The position numbers and the translations under genes were made by a program. Shown here one piece after another: positions 25,025-35,064 of a stretch of DNA of 64,000 bases. Origin of the DNA: Verrucomicrobiales bacterium (GTDB taxonomy: Bacteria > Verrucomicrobiota > Verrucomicrobiia > Limisphaerales > UBA9464); NCBI GenBank assembly GCA_027488845.1, contig JAIYBC010000055.1, positions 43,191 to 107,190 on the forward strand. The letters run 5' to 3'. How positions within the stretch are numbered: position 1 is the stretch's first letter; each line of letters opens with the position of its first letter. Below the pieces are notes generated by a model. It was not told the origin of the DNA, searched no databases, and saw nothing but the letters and a program-made list of their open reading frames with translations.

Positions 25025-26992
25025 TCAACGGCGCGGGAGCGAACCGACCCAGCGGTCCAGCTTCTCGGCCGAGGCCGTCGCCTCGCGCAGGACCGGCTTG
25101 GGACCTGCCGCGACGAGCGCGCCCTCGGCATCTCCGAGCAGGTGGATGCCGGGCACGAAGTCCTCGGGCCGGATCCACTCGGCGTCGGTCCGGCCGAGCC
25201 CCGCGGGATCCACGACCAACGCGTCGGTCATCGGGGCGGCGAGGGCGGCCCAGAGCGCGGCGCGGCCGGCTCCGAGCAGGACCACCGGGGCGTCCGGCTT
25301 CGCCAACCGCGCGAAGGTGGCGGCGCTCGCCACGTCCCGAACCCGCTGCTGCATCACCGTCCGGTTGTAGCCGGCGAAGAAGTCCTGGAACGGCGACCGG
25401 CCCACGACCGAGCCGTCCGTTCCGGGACCGCATTGGAAGGGCGTGATGGCGAGCACCGCGTGGCCGCGGGCGACCAGGCCTTCCATCCGGGCCCGTTCCG
25501 CGCCGCCCTTCTCGGCGGCCTGCGCGCCGTCGGGATGCACCAACACCACCACGCTCCGGGTGTCGCCGGCCTTCGCGGGGATCCAGAGCACGCCCGGGAC
25601 GCGATCTCCCTTGCCAGGTCGTCCGAAGGCCACCTCGGAGCGGACGATTCCGTCGTCGCGGGTCGATTCCGCGGATTCGCCGACCACCGGTTCCGAAGGA
25701 TCGATGAGCAGCGTGTGGCGCCACACCCGCAGCGATTCCGCGGAGGCGTCCTTCGAACGCAGGCGCTTCTCGACGACACCCCGGCGTTCGGCGATCCAGG
25801 CGCTGGTGAACTCGGCCTCGCCGATCGCGTCGGCCGGCATGCGCCCGTCGGGAAACGCCTTCAGGTCCTCCGGCCTCTCCGCGGTGTAGGGAATCTCCGG
25901 GATCCGATCGGCGGCCGGCTTGCCGAGGAGGTGCTGTGCGAAGAACGCATAGACCGCCTCGCGTGTGGTCTGGTTGTAGTTGTGCGGGAAGTCGAACCGC
26001 GTGTAGCGGAGCCGGTCCTTGGCCCCGAACAGCGTGTACACGCCCTCGATGGCAGGGCCTTCGACGGTCATCGTCTCCTTGGTCCAATCGCCGCTGGCCG
26101 CGACGAGGATCTGGGGCTTCGGCGCGAAGGCCGCGGCGTACTCCATGTTCGAGTGGTCCACGCGGAGCGCCGGGGCGTTCTCGCACCAGCAGCCTCCCTG
26201 CATCGAGCAGGACACCATCACGATCGGCGCGCTCACGGCGATGCGGTCGTCCACCGCGGCGAGCAGGAACGTCTGCGAACCGCCCCCGGACGCCCCGGTG
26301 CAGCCGATGCGCTTCGGGTCCACGTCGGGCAGCGAGGCCACGAAGTCGAGGGCGCGCACCGAGTTCCACGTCTGGACGCCCAGCAGCGTGAAGTTCCACA
26401 GCTGGTTCGTCTCCGCGCGGAAGAGCTTCTGCTGGAGCGTGTGGTAGTTCGCCACCCGGATGGCGCCGTCGGCGTCCTTCGGTCCGAACTGGATCGTGTC
26501 CACGTAGCCGGTCATGTCGTAGGCGAAGGCCACGATGCCCATGCGCGCGAACTGGATGCATCGGGCGACGACGGATCCCGTGGGAGTGTCGGCGAGACGG
26601 CCGGCGTCCCAGTGTCCGTGGGGATTCAGGATCGCGGGGAAGGGGCCGGCGCCCTGGCCGAGAGGTCGGTAGAGGTTGCCCCCGAGATAGAAGCCGGGTC
26701 GTGGCTGGATGAGGACCTTCTCCACCGAGTAGCCGTCGCGTTCGATGCGCCCGAAGACGCGCGGGCGGAGGTCGTTCTTCTCCGGCAACGGAAGGATCCC
26801 AGACGATGCGAGCGTCTGGTGGCGGAGATCCTCGGCACGGTCGCGCCAGGCACCCGCGTTGGGGATTCCCGGGAAGGTCCGCCGCGTGTTCAGGGTCACG
26901 GCGGGTCCGGACCGCTGGTCGGATCCGGGCAGGTTCGCCGCGTGGAGGACCGGTGCAAAGAGGCCCACGAGAAGCCAGCGGGGGAGGAACAT
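25025..26992 (-). CDS. Secreted alpha/beta hydrolase (acetylxylan-esterase/dienelactone-hydrolase-like)
   Basis: The signal peptide is MFLPRWLLVGLFAPVLHA. The nucleophile elbow is RIGCTGASGGGSQT. A second alpha/beta-like half carries VVVLVHPDG. Confidence 0.75.
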   Translation of the reverse strand: MFLPRWLLVGLFAPVLHAANLPGSDQRSGPAVTLNTRRTFPGIPNAGAWRDRAEDLRHQTLASSGILPLPEKNDLRPRVFGRIERDGYSVEKVLIQPRPGFYLGGNLYRPLGQGAGPFPAILNPHGHWDAGRLADTPTGSVVARCIQFARMGIVAFAYDMTGYVDTIQFGPKDADGAIRVANYHTLQQKLFRAETNQLWNFTLLGVQTWNSVRALDFVASLPDVDPKRIGCTGASGGGSQTFLLAAVDDRIAVSAPIVMVSCSMQGGCWCENAPALRVDHSNMEYAAAFAPKPQILVAASGDWTKETMTVEGPAIEGVYTLFGAKDRLRYTRFDFPHNYNQTTREAVYAFFAQHLLGKPAADRIPEIPYTAERPEDLKAFPDGRMPADAIGEAEFTSAWIAERRGVVEKRLRSKDASAESLRVWRHTLLIDPSEPVVGESAESTRDDGIVRSEVAFGRPGKGDRVPGVLWIPAKAGDTRSVVVLVHPDGAQAAEKGGAERARMEGLVARGHAVLAITPFQCGPGTDGSVVGRSPFQDFFAGYNRTVMQQRVRDVASAATFARLAKPDAPVVLLGAGRAALWAALAAPMTDALVVDPAGLGRTDAEWIRPEDFVPGIHLLGDAEGALVAAGPKPVLREATASAEKLDRWVGSLPRR

Positions 26993-27072
26993 GGCCTCAG
27001 CCTACCGGCGATGGCGCGACGACGGAAGCGTGTTGGAATATGCCGATGACGCGGTCGCGGTCGGCTGGAGGT

Positions 27073-27870
27073 TCAGAGGATCTCACCGGTCCAGACGGTC
27101 ACCGCGGAACCCGACAGGACGACCCGGTCGCCGAGCAATTCCACGCCGACCGTGCCTCCGCGCCGGCTTTCCTGGCGGCCGGTCATGCGGTTCCGGCCGA
27201 GTCGGGACGCCCAGTATGGGGCGAGCGTGCAATGGGCGGAGCCGGTGACCGGATCCTCGGGAACGCCCGCGGCCGGCGCGAAGAAACGGCTGACGAAGTC
27301 GAATTCCGGCGAGTCCGAGGCCGCGGTCACGATGACGCCACGGACCGGCAGCTGTGCCAGTGCGGCGAGGTCGGGCCGGAGTGTGCGCACCGTGGTGGCG
27401 TCGGCGACCTGCACGAGCAGGTCGTCCTCGCCGCGTCCGCACCAGGCCAACGCGGTTCCCAACGCTTCCGCAAGGCCCGCGGGAGCGGTCACCTCGGGTG
27501 CGGGGCGCGCGGGGAAATCCATCTCGACGCGCTGCGTCCCGGGGTTGCGTCGGCAGACGAGCCGGCCGCTGCGGGTGTGGAAGCGGACGGCTTCCCCGGA
27601 TGGCGCCAAGCCGCATTCCCAGAGGCGATGGGCGGTGGCCAGGGTGGCATGACCGCACAGCCGGACCTCGATCGTGGGAGTGAACCATCGGAGGTCCCAG
27701 TCGCCGTCGGAGCGGCGGACGGGGAAGGCCGTCTCCGAAAGGTTCATTTCGGCGGCCACGGATGCCATCCAGGATTCCGTGGAACCGGACGGGGCGAGAC
27801 AGACCGCCGCCGGATTGCCCTCGAACGGGCGGGAGGCGAAGGCGTCGACGACGCTGATCGGTGTCGGCAT
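27073..27870 (-). CDS. PhzF-family isomerase
   Basis: Supporting sequence is VVDAFASRPFEGNPAAVC, MNLSETAF, WFTPTIEVRLCGHATLA and EDPVTGSAHCTLAPYW. Confidence 0.85.
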   Translation of the reverse strand: MPTPISVVDAFASRPFEGNPAAVCLAPSGSTESWMASVAAEMNLSETAFPVRRSDGDWDLRWFTPTIEVRLCGHATLATAHRLWECGLAPSGEAVRFHTRSGRLVCRRNPGTQRVEMDFPARPAPEVTAPAGLAEALGTALAWCGRGEDDLLVQVADATTVRTLRPDLAALAQLPVRGVIVTAASDSPEFDFVSRFFAPAAGVPEDPVTGSAHCTLAPYWASRLGRNRMTGRQESRRGGTVGVELLGDRVVLSGSAVTVWTGEIL

Positions 27871-27881
27871 GGCCGGCGGGA

Positions 27882-28868
27882 TCAGGGCACGGGCAATTCG
27901 TCGAAGATCCGCTTCACGACGTCCTCGGAGGTCTTCTCCTCGGCCTCGGCCTCGTAGGTGACGGTGACGCGGTGGCGGAGGACGTCCATGCCGACGCTCT
28001 TCACGTCCTGGGGCGTCACGTAGCCGCGGCCCCGGAGGAAGGCGTGGGCCTTGGAGGCGAGGGCGAGGGCGATGGTGGCGCGCGGGCTGGCGCCCATCTG
28101 GATCAGGTCCTTGACCTGGATCTTGTAGGTCGCGGGCTCCCGGGTGGCGCAGACCACGTCGACGATGTAGTCCTTCACCTTGTCGTCGACGTAGATGTCG
28201 TTGATGACCTCGCGGGCGCGGAGGATCGTGGCGGCCTCGACGACGGGATTGGCGACCGGGTGGCCGTTGGTGCGGGCCATGAGGTCGAGGATCAGGCGTT
28301 CCTCGTCGCGGGTGGGGTATCCCACCTTGAGCTTGAGCATGAAGCGGTCGACCTGGGCCTCGGGCAGGGCGTAGGTGCCTTCCTGTTCGATCGGGTTCTG
28401 CGTGGCCAAGACGAGGAACGGCTCGGGAAGCCTGTAGGTCTGGTCGCCGATGGTGACCTGGCGTTCCTGCATGGCCTCGAGCAGCGCGGACTGGACCTTG
28501 GCCGGGGCTCGGTTGATCTCGTCGGCGAGCACGAGGTTGGCGAACACGGGACCCTGTCGGGTGGTGAAGCCGCCGGCGGGATTGTAGATCTGGGTGCCGA
28601 CGACGTCCGCCGGGAGCATGTCCGGCGTGAACTGGAGACGTGAGAACTTCACGTGGAGCGCGGTCGCCAGGGTCTTGACGGAAAGCGTCTTGGCGAGGCC
28701 GGGGACGCCTTCGAGCAGGACGTGGCCGTTGGCGAGCAGGCCGATGATCAGGCGTTCGACGAGGTATTTCTGTCCCACGACGCAGCGGTTGATCTCCCCC
28801 ATGAGGGGATTGAGGAAGGCGCTCGACTCCTGGACCGCGGCGTTCAGGGCGCTGACTCCGGAATTCAT
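27882..28868 (-). CDS. MoxR-family AAA+ ATPase
   Basis: The start is at MNSGVSALN (28868). Motifs are Walker A LLEGVPGLAKT, Walker B LVLADEINRAPAKVQSALLEAMQE and LVLATQNPIEQEGTYALPEAQVDRF. No DUF58 or VWA partner is adjacent. Confidence 0.9.
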   Translation of the reverse strand: MNSGVSALNAAVQESSAFLNPLMGEINRCVVGQKYLVERLIIGLLANGHVLLEGVPGLAKTLSVKTLATALHVKFSRLQFTPDMLPADVVGTQIYNPAGGFTTRQGPVFANLVLADEINRAPAKVQSALLEAMQERQVTIGDQTYRLPEPFLVLATQNPIEQEGTYALPEAQVDRFMLKLKVGYPTRDEERLILDLMARTNGHPVANPVVEAATILRAREVINDIYVDDKVKDYIVDVVCATREPATYKIQVKDLIQMGASPRATIALALASKAHAFLRGRGYVTPQDVKSVGMDVLRHRVTVTYEAEAEEKTSEDVVKRIFDELPVP

Positions 28869-28986
28869 GTCCGGGATGGATGGCACAACCGCCCCCGGGG
28901 TAGCAAGGGGCGCCCTGTGGAATGAGCCGAAAGGGGACGGCCCCACCCCGTGGCGGGAGTGGGGCCGTGGAATTCGGGATACGGCG

Positions 28987-30564
28987 TCAGGCCCTGTGGC
29001 CGGCAAGGAGGACCAGGTCGCCGACCGCGGAGCGCAGGCCGGCGGACCGTTCCTTGAGAAGGCCCGAGTCGCGGGCGCTGAGGTCCGCCTCGCCGGCGGT
29101 GGTCTGGGTGGCGCGGTCGATCTCTCCCATCGAGCCGTTGATCACCTCGATGCCCCGGGCCTGTTCGCCGGAGGCCAAGGCGATCTGGGCGACGAGGTTG
29201 TCCACCTCGCGGGCCTTGCCGACGATGTTGCCGAGGCTTTCCACGACTCGTCCGGAGATGGCCACTCCGGCCATCGCGCGCTGGAGGGATTTGGAGATGC
29301 TGGCCTCCGATTCGCGTGAGGCGACGGCGCAGCGTTGGGCGAGGTTGCGCACCTCGTCCGCGACCACGGCGAATCCGAGCCCGGCCTCGCCGGCGCGGGC
29401 GGCTTCGACCGCGGCGTTCAAGGCGAGGATGTTCGTCTGGAAGGCGATCTCGTTGATGCTCTGGAGCACCTTCGAGATCTCGTCCGACGACTGCTTGATC
29501 TCCTGGATCGCAATGGAGAGCTCGGACATGTCCTTTGAGCCGTTCTCGGCCGCGGTGCGCGCCTCGTTGGCGAGGCCCTTCGCCGAGGAGGCGTGTTCGG
29601 AGTTTCGGAGTATCATGCTGCGGATCTCCTCCATCGAGGCGCTGGTCTCCTCGACCGATGCGGCCTGCTTGGAGCTGGACCGGGCCAGGCTCTCGCTGAC
29701 GGAGGAGAGGCGTCCGGCGGCCGCGGTGACGTCGTTGGCGTCGGTCTCGAGGCGGGAAACGATCCCGGACATGGCGCGACCGGTCCGGAGCGCGACGAGC
29801 GTCACGAGCAGCATCGCCGCCAGGGAGACGGCGACCGACGAGACGCCGAAGCCGACGGCGCTTTGCCGGATCTGGCCGAAGCCGGTGACGGTGCGGTCGA
29901 CGCGCTCGTTGGCGGAGGCGAGGCACTGTTCCTTGAGTCGGGCGGTCGCCTCGGAAAGCGTGGCGACCCGCGCCGGAACCTCGCCGTCGAGCAGCTTCAT
30001 GGCCCCGGCGAAGTCGGCCTCGACCATGCCCTTCACCTGGGCGAAGGAGGCCACCAGCTGGTTGAAGGCCGTCTCGACCTCCTGCACCTGGGCGGGAATC
30101 GGACCGTCCTTGAAGACCTCCCGGAGCCGGACGATCCGCTGCTGGCCCTGCAGGCGGTACTCCTCCGACCGCTTCGCCTTGACCGGCTTGTCCGCGTCCT
30201 GGGCGAAGAGCCATTCGTAGGAGTGCAGTCGGAACAGCGCCAGGTCCTCCTGCAGTGCGGTGACCTCCTTCAGGCCGGGCAGCCCCTCCTGCTGCAGGGT
30301 GTTCAGGGCCGCCGTCCCGCGTTCGCAGACCTGTCGCAGGACGAGCCCTTGGACCAGGGCCATCACGAGCAGGAAGGCGACGGCGAACCGGATGTTGCGG
30401 AAGCTGGCGCGGATCGATGCCGGGCGGGAGATCCTGGCGGATTCCGGCCCGGAACCGGAGGTGGACGAGGGGGGGCGGCCGTCGGTCGGAACTCCGGCCG
30501 TCGGGATCATCTGGCCCGCTTCCCGGCCCACGCGGTTCGAGCCCGCCTGAAGGGTCAAGGTCAT
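28987..30564 (-). CDS. Methyl-accepting chemotaxis protein (two TM helices, 4-helix-bundle-like periplasmic domain)
   Basis: The signalling hairpin is [50 protein letters not shown]. The ATG at 30564 overlaps the upstream stop as ATGA. Confidence 0.85.
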   Translation of the reverse strand: MTLTLQAGSNRVGREAGQMIPTAGVPTDGRPPSSTSGSGPESARISRPASIRASFRNIRFAVAFLLVMALVQGLVLRQVCERGTAALNTLQQEGLPGLKEVTALQEDLALFRLHSYEWLFAQDADKPVKAKRSEEYRLQGQQRIVRLREVFKDGPIPAQVQEVETAFNQLVASFAQVKGMVEADFAGAMKLLDGEVPARVATLSEATARLKEQCLASANERVDRTVTGFGQIRQSAVGFGVSSVAVSLAAMLLVTLVALRTGRAMSGIVSRLETDANDVTAAAGRLSSVSESLARSSSKQAASVEETSASMEEIRSMILRNSEHASSAKGLANEARTAAENGSKDMSELSIAIQEIKQSSDEISKVLQSINEIAFQTNILALNAAVEAARAGEAGLGFAVVADEVRNLAQRCAVASRESEASISKSLQRAMAGVAISGRVVESLGNIVGKAREVDNLVAQIALASGEQARGIEVINGSMGEIDRATQTTAGEADLSARDSGLLKERSAGLRSAVGDLVLLAGHRA

Positions 30565-30974
30565 TGGATTGCGAGTGACTTGGCCCCCTTGGTGTCGGAC
30601 CCCGCCGGAAGGATGGCGATGGCGCCCTTGGTGGAGGCCACGAGGGCCAGCGCCTTGGCGGCGTCGTCCGCCTTCTTCGGCGGCTGGCCGCGTCCGGAGA
30701 ACGCCAGCCGCTGCCAGTGGGTCTTGAAGGCGCTGGGGGTCATGCCCGAGGCCTGTTCCAGCGCGGCGTCGGCCTTCTCGCCGGCGGTGACGATGTTGAT
30801 GGCGGCGCCGCCGTCCCAATACATGGTCTTTCCGGTGAGGATGTCCTTGAGGGCCCCGGCGGTGAGCTGGGTCGCAGGAACCGCCTCGTTCACCACCACG
30901 ACGCCGTCGAGCGCGACGCAGCTGAGGACCGAAAGCAGGGCGAAGAGCCCGGGGAAGAGGATGTGCCGTTTCAT
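30561..30974 (-). CDS. Small secreted PstS-like (PBP_like_2-type) substrate-binding domain protein
   Basis: The signal peptide is [21 protein letters not shown]. It is followed by [31 protein letters not shown]...[12 protein letters not shown]...GAIAILP, the pattern of short phosphate-binding-like domains. Total length is 137 aa. Confidence 0.65.
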   Translation of the reverse strand: MKRHILFPGLFALLSVLSCVALDGVVVVNEAVPATQLTAGALKDILTGKTMYWDGGAAINIVTAGEKADAALEQASGMTPSAFKTHWQRLAFSGRGQPPKKADDAAKALALVASTKGAIAILPAGSDTKGAKSLAIQ

Positions 30975-30996
30975 GGTCTCGCGGGTTGGGGGCCGT

Positions 30997-32211
30997 TCAG
31001 AACGAAAGGGTCGTCTTGGCCGCGAAGAGCCACCAGCCGTCGTCGTTGCGCACCGGGTTGAGGGTGCTGCTGTGCAGGAGGCCCGTGCCCCGGATGTAAT
31101 GGCCCTCGAGCTTGAAGATCCACCAGTCGGTGATGTCGAAGCGGGCCGAAAGCGCGGCGTCCTTCTGGAAGGCGTCCGATGGGACCGCGGTTCCGACACC
31201 GCCACGGTTGTCCACGTCGGTGAAGTACTCGGTGTAGTAGCTGCCGAGCTCGAGCCAGGGCGTCAGGCGCTTCGAGAGACCCACATACCAGACGTCGGGC
31301 TGGCTGCTGGTGGGGGCGAGGATCATGCCGTTCTCGAGCATGTCGAACCCGGTGGTCTTGTAGGAGTAGTACTCGGTCTGGAAGGTCCAGCCGTCCTTCT
31401 GGTACTCGAGCGAGACCTGTCCGAACGGGATGTCGACCTCGGTCTTCATGCCGCCGGGGCCGAAGGGCGGTGCGACGGAGATGTGCCAGGTGAAGTCGAA
31501 GACCTGTCCGCCGGAAACCCCGAATCGAAGTCCGTCGACGGGGGTGTTCCACCAGAGTTGGGCGCCGGCGATGAGGCTCTTGTCGATGCCGCTGAATCCG
31601 CCGATCGGCGCCGGAGGCAGCCCGTTCTCGAGGATCCTGGCAACGCCGCCTTCCTTGGAGAGGTTCATGTAGCCGGCGTAGGCCTCGTAGGAGAGCGCCC
31701 CGCCGCTTCCGAGGGAAAAGCTCCCGAAGACCAGTCCGCCGTCGATCGAGGTGGAGAAGTCCCGCCAACGGGCGTCGTACATCCCCTGGGGAAGCAGGAT
31801 CGCGGTGCGGGCGAGGTCGACGTCCTGGATGTGGTTGTAGATGCCCCCGGGGCGGCGGACGCGGCCGCCGCGGAAACCGACGTGGTCGTTGACCGTGTAC
31901 TCGATCGAGGCGTAGTCGAGGATCAGCTCGTAGTTGCCGACGTTGCCGACGTCGAAGGTGAACGCCTGGGCGGTGATCCGGGTGCGGTTGAAGGGGGAGA
32001 TCGAGGTGTTCAGGCCGAATTCGTTGAACTCGAACGACCCGTCACGGCTGCGACCGAGGTAGTCGTAGTCGGTGGATGCGAGGAATCCCTGGCTGGCGAA
32101 GCCGTGGAAAGAGGCGGTCTTCTCGCCCAGCTTCAGGTCCCACGCGGTCGCGGTGGAGCCGGCCAGGAGGGCGAGGCAAACGGCGGAGATCCGAGGATTT
32201 TGGGGCGTCAT
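30997..32211 (-). CDS. Outer-membrane beta-barrel porin-like protein
   Basis: The signal peptide is ISAVCLALLAGSTATA. Alternating amphipathic strands run throughout. The aromatic-rich C-terminus ends ...WWLFAAKTTLSF, with a terminal Phe. Confidence 0.6.
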   Translation of the reverse strand: MTPQNPRISAVCLALLAGSTATAWDLKLGEKTASFHGFASQGFLASTDYDYLGRSRDGSFEFNEFGLNTSISPFNRTRITAQAFTFDVGNVGNYELILDYASIEYTVNDHVGFRGGRVRRPGGIYNHIQDVDLARTAILLPQGMYDARWRDFSTSIDGGLVFGSFSLGSGGALSYEAYAGYMNLSKEGGVARILENGLPPAPIGGFSGIDKSLIAGAQLWWNTPVDGLRFGVSGGQVFDFTWHISVAPPFGPGGMKTEVDIPFGQVSLEYQKDGWTFQTEYYSYKTTGFDMLENGMILAPTSSQPDVWYVGLSKRLTPWLELGSYYTEYFTDVDNRGGVGTAVPSDAFQKDAALSARFDITDWWIFKLEGHYIRGTGLLHSSTLNPVRNDDGWWLFAAKTTLSF

Positions 32212-32398
32212 CTGGTAACGGATGGTTGTCGAAGGTTCCGGTTTCGCCGGTCGGTCACCGGCTGGGACTGTAAAGAGTGCAGTGTCCGCTCCCGAGATGA
32301 TCGGCTACCGGTGGAGACGCCTTGAGCCGGTTTTCCCGGACCGAACCCGCGGGAATCCAATTGCCCTGCATTCGTCGTCCCGGGGACTGTTCCGCCCG

Positions 32399-33397
32399 AT
32401 GCATCAGGAACGCGCATTGGTCACCGGCGCAGCGGGCTTCATCGGTTCGCATGTCGCGCGACACTGCCGCGACCTCGGGATGCAGGTGATCGGCGCCGAC
32501 AACCTCAGCGGAGGTGATCCCGCGAATGTCCCCGACGGCGTGCCCCTCGAAGTGGGCGACCTGACCGATCCCGCCTTCGTCGACGGCCTCTGGGAGCGTC
32601 ACGGAGGTTTCGACTACGTGTACCATCTCGCCGCCTACGCAGCGGAAGGCCTCTCCCATTTCGTGCGCCGGTTCAACTACCAGACGAACCTCGTCGCCTC
32701 GGTGAACCTCATCAACGCCTCGGTGCGTGGCCGGGTCCGCCGCTTCGTCTTCACCAGTTCCATCGCCGTTTATGGAACCGGTCAGCTTCCGTTGGGCGAA
32801 TCCACGATCCCGCATCCGGAGGATCCGTACGGCATCTCCAAGTACGCCGTGGAACTCGATCTCAGGGCCGCCGAGGCGATGTTCGGGCTGCCCTTCACCG
32901 TCTTCCGGCCCCACAACGTCTACGGCGAGGCGCAGAACATCGCCGACCGCTACCGGAACGTGGTGGGCATCTTCATGAACCGGCTTCTCCAGGGACAATC
33001 CATGCCGGTGTTCGGCGACGGTCTCCAGAGCCGCGCCTTCAGCCATGTCGACGACGTGGCCCCGTACATCGCCGCCGCGCCCCGGGTCCCGGCGAGCGTG
33101 AACGCGACCTACAACATCGGATCGGACACCGTGACCACCGTGCGGGACCTCGCGCACCTCATCGCCGCGGCGTTCGGGCGTCCTCCGGTGCTGGAGCATC
33201 TCGAGGCCCGCAACGAGGTGGTCCATGCCCACGCGGACCACTCCCGGTTCCGCGCCGACTTCCATCCCCGCTCGGAGGTCCCCCTGGAGGTGGGACTCCG
33301 CCGCATGGCGGACTGGGTCCGTTCGCGCGGTCCCGCGGTCCCGACCGTCTTCAAGGGAATCGAGATCCACGACAAGCTGCCCGCCTCCTGGCGTTGA
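32399..33397 (+). CDS. NAD-dependent epimerase/dehydratase (SDR family)
   Basis: Supporting motifs are ALVTGAAGFIGSHV, the catalytic YGISK and the extended-SDR layout. The ATG is at 32399 inside ORF 32222..33397. Confidence 0.85.
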   Translation: MHQERALVTGAAGFIGSHVARHCRDLGMQVIGADNLSGGDPANVPDGVPLEVGDLTDPAFVDGLWERHGGFDYVYHLAAYAAEGLSHFVRRFNYQTNLVASVNLINASVRGRVRRFVFTSSIAVYGTGQLPLGESTIPHPEDPYGISKYAVELDLRAAEAMFGLPFTVFRPHNVYGEAQNIADRYRNVVGIFMNRLLQGQSMPVFGDGLQSRAFSHVDDVAPYIAAAPRVPASVNATYNIGSDTVTTVRDLAHLIAAAFGRPPVLEHLEARNEVVHAHADHSRFRADFHPRSEVPLEVGLRRMADWVRSRGPAVPTVFKGIEIHDKLPASWR

Positions 33398-33400
33398 ACG

Positions 33401-34411
33401 ATGCAGGTCACGGCGATCATCTCGAACTTCAACGGCGCCCGGTTCCTGCCCAGGCTGATCGCCTCGCTCCAGGCGCAGGAGGGGGTCGAACTGGAGATCG
33501 TGGTCGTGGACCGCCAGAGCACCGACGGTTCGGCGGAGATCCTGGCGCGGCATCCGGGGATCCGGGTGGTCTCCGAGCCACCCGAGACGGGACTCGTTGC
33601 CGGATACCACAAGGGCTTCGCTTCGGCCCGTTCCGACCTCGTCTTCTTCAGCAACGAGGACATGTGGTTCGAGCCGGGTTGCCTCGCCCGTTTGGCCGCG
33701 GCGATCGACCTGCCCCGCCGCGTCGCCGCGTCGGACGGTTGGCATTTCGGATACGACCACGACGCCTTCCTCCATGGCGCCACGCGGTTCCAAAAGGTGC
33801 CGTGGGCGATCAATTCGCCCTATCCGCGCCGTTCCGCGGACTTCGAGGTGCCGCTGCCGGCCGGCTCCGAGGTTCCGTTTCCCTGCGCGGGCGCCTTCAT
33901 GATCCACCGCAGCGTCTACGAGGAGTTGGGGGGGTGGGACACCGGCTTCTTCCTCGACCACGAGGACATCGACCTCTTCATCCGGGCCTGGCAACGCGGC
34001 TGGATGACGGTCTCCGTCCCGGAGGCCCGGATCCACCACGCGATCAACGCGTCGAACAACCATTCGCTTTCGAAGCTCAACGTGTCGGTCAGCGAACGCC
34101 GGTACATCTCGCAGCGGTCCAACCTGTCCGTCATCGCGTTGAAGTACTTCTCGATCCGGGCGCTGCCCCTCGCGGCCTTCGTCTGGCCCGTGGTGTTCCT
34201 CAACAACCTCAAGTCGGGTCGGTGGTCGGTGTTGCGCCGCGACTTCCAGTCCCTGGCCGAGATTTTCCGCAGGGCTCCCGCGGCGATCCGATTCCGCCGT
34301 TCCAACACGGCTTGGAACCGCAGCCATCCCGGCGAGGAATTCTTCCGGGAGGCGCGCTTCCAGCGGAGCGTGCCGGTGGATCCCTCCGCGACCGCCCGTC
34401 CCGCCGCTTGA
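33401..34411 (+). CDS. Family 2 glycosyltransferase
   Basis: Supporting sequence is VTAIISNFNGARFLPRLIASL, VVVDRQSTDGS and FFSNEDMWFEPG (DxD-like). The start is 4 nt after the epimerase stop. Confidence 0.8.
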   Translation: MQVTAIISNFNGARFLPRLIASLQAQEGVELEIVVVDRQSTDGSAEILARHPGIRVVSEPPETGLVAGYHKGFASARSDLVFFSNEDMWFEPGCLARLAAAIDLPRRVAASDGWHFGYDHDAFLHGATRFQKVPWAINSPYPRRSADFEVPLPAGSEVPFPCAGAFMIHRSVYEELGGWDTGFFLDHEDIDLFIRAWQRGWMTVSVPEARIHHAINASNNHSLSKLNVSVSERRYISQRSNLSVIALKYFSIRALPLAAFVWPVVFLNNLKSGRWSVLRRDFQSLAEIFRRAPAAIRFRRSNTAWNRSHPGEEFFREARFQRSVPVDPSATARPAA

Positions 34412-34444
34412 CCGCCCGGGGCTTCCCGCCGATAGATCTTCGCG

Positions 34445-34903
34445 TTGTCGCTCCCGGTTCCATCTGGTTCCCACAGGTTCGGTCTCCGTTTCTTCGCGGG
34501 GATCCTCGCCTTGCTGTGGGTGCTTTCAGGATCCCTGTGCGCCTACCATTGCAGTCACTCCGAACGCGGTGCCCAGATCGACAACGGGTCGGTCCAGACG
34601 GCCCACGGATGCTGTCACAAGGGCGGGGATCCAAGGGATCCGTCTCCCGGCAACGGCGGTGATTCCGAGGCCTCCTGCGTGATCCTGGCGCTGGCCGCGG
34701 GTTCACCGACCGGTCCGGCCGAAGGAGTCGCCTGGATTCCGTCCTCCGCGGTTCACTTCGAGCTCGTCTCCTCCATCCGCCTGGCTTCTCCGGGTTCGGT
34801 CGACGCGGCCATCTCCCCGGCACGCGCATCGGACAGGCCTTCGCTCCCGGCGGAGTTCCTCGGGCCGGCATTCCGTTCGCTGGCTCCTCCTTCGGTTTCC
34901 TGA
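34445..34903 (+). CDS. Small Cys/His-rich membrane-anchored protein upstream of the metal efflux genes (hypothetical)
   Basis: It has a TTG start and one hydrophobic helix, FFAGILALLWVLSGSL. That is followed by CAYHCSH...HGCCHKG...C and a C-terminal ...FRSLAPPSVS. Coding status is not proven. Confidence 0.4.
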   Translation: MSLPVPSGSHRFGLRFFAGILALLWVLSGSLCAYHCSHSERGAQIDNGSVQTAHGCCHKGGDPRDPSPGNGGDSEASCVILALAAGSPTGPAEGVAWIPSSAVHFELVSSIRLASPGSVDAAISPARASDRPSLPAEFLGPAFRSLAPPSVS

Positions 34904-35064
34904 CCCGGCCCGGGTGCCCCTGGCCCCGGGATCGGTTCGCGCTGCCTCCGCCCTCCCGTGGCGCGCGTCCACGGATTCCACGGCTACCGCTCCCGGCGGG
35001 CCGCCTTCCTCCCCATCCCGTTCCGTTTTCATCGGGTCCCCCGAAGGACCCATCCGTTCGTGTC

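Noticed and set aside
27882-28868. A MoxR ATPase as the seed of a MoxR-DUF58-VWA (Bat-like) module.
   Set aside because: The expected DUF58, VWA or TPR partner genes are absent on both sides; the neighbours are an MCP and a PhzF isomerase. No such system can be claimed in this window.
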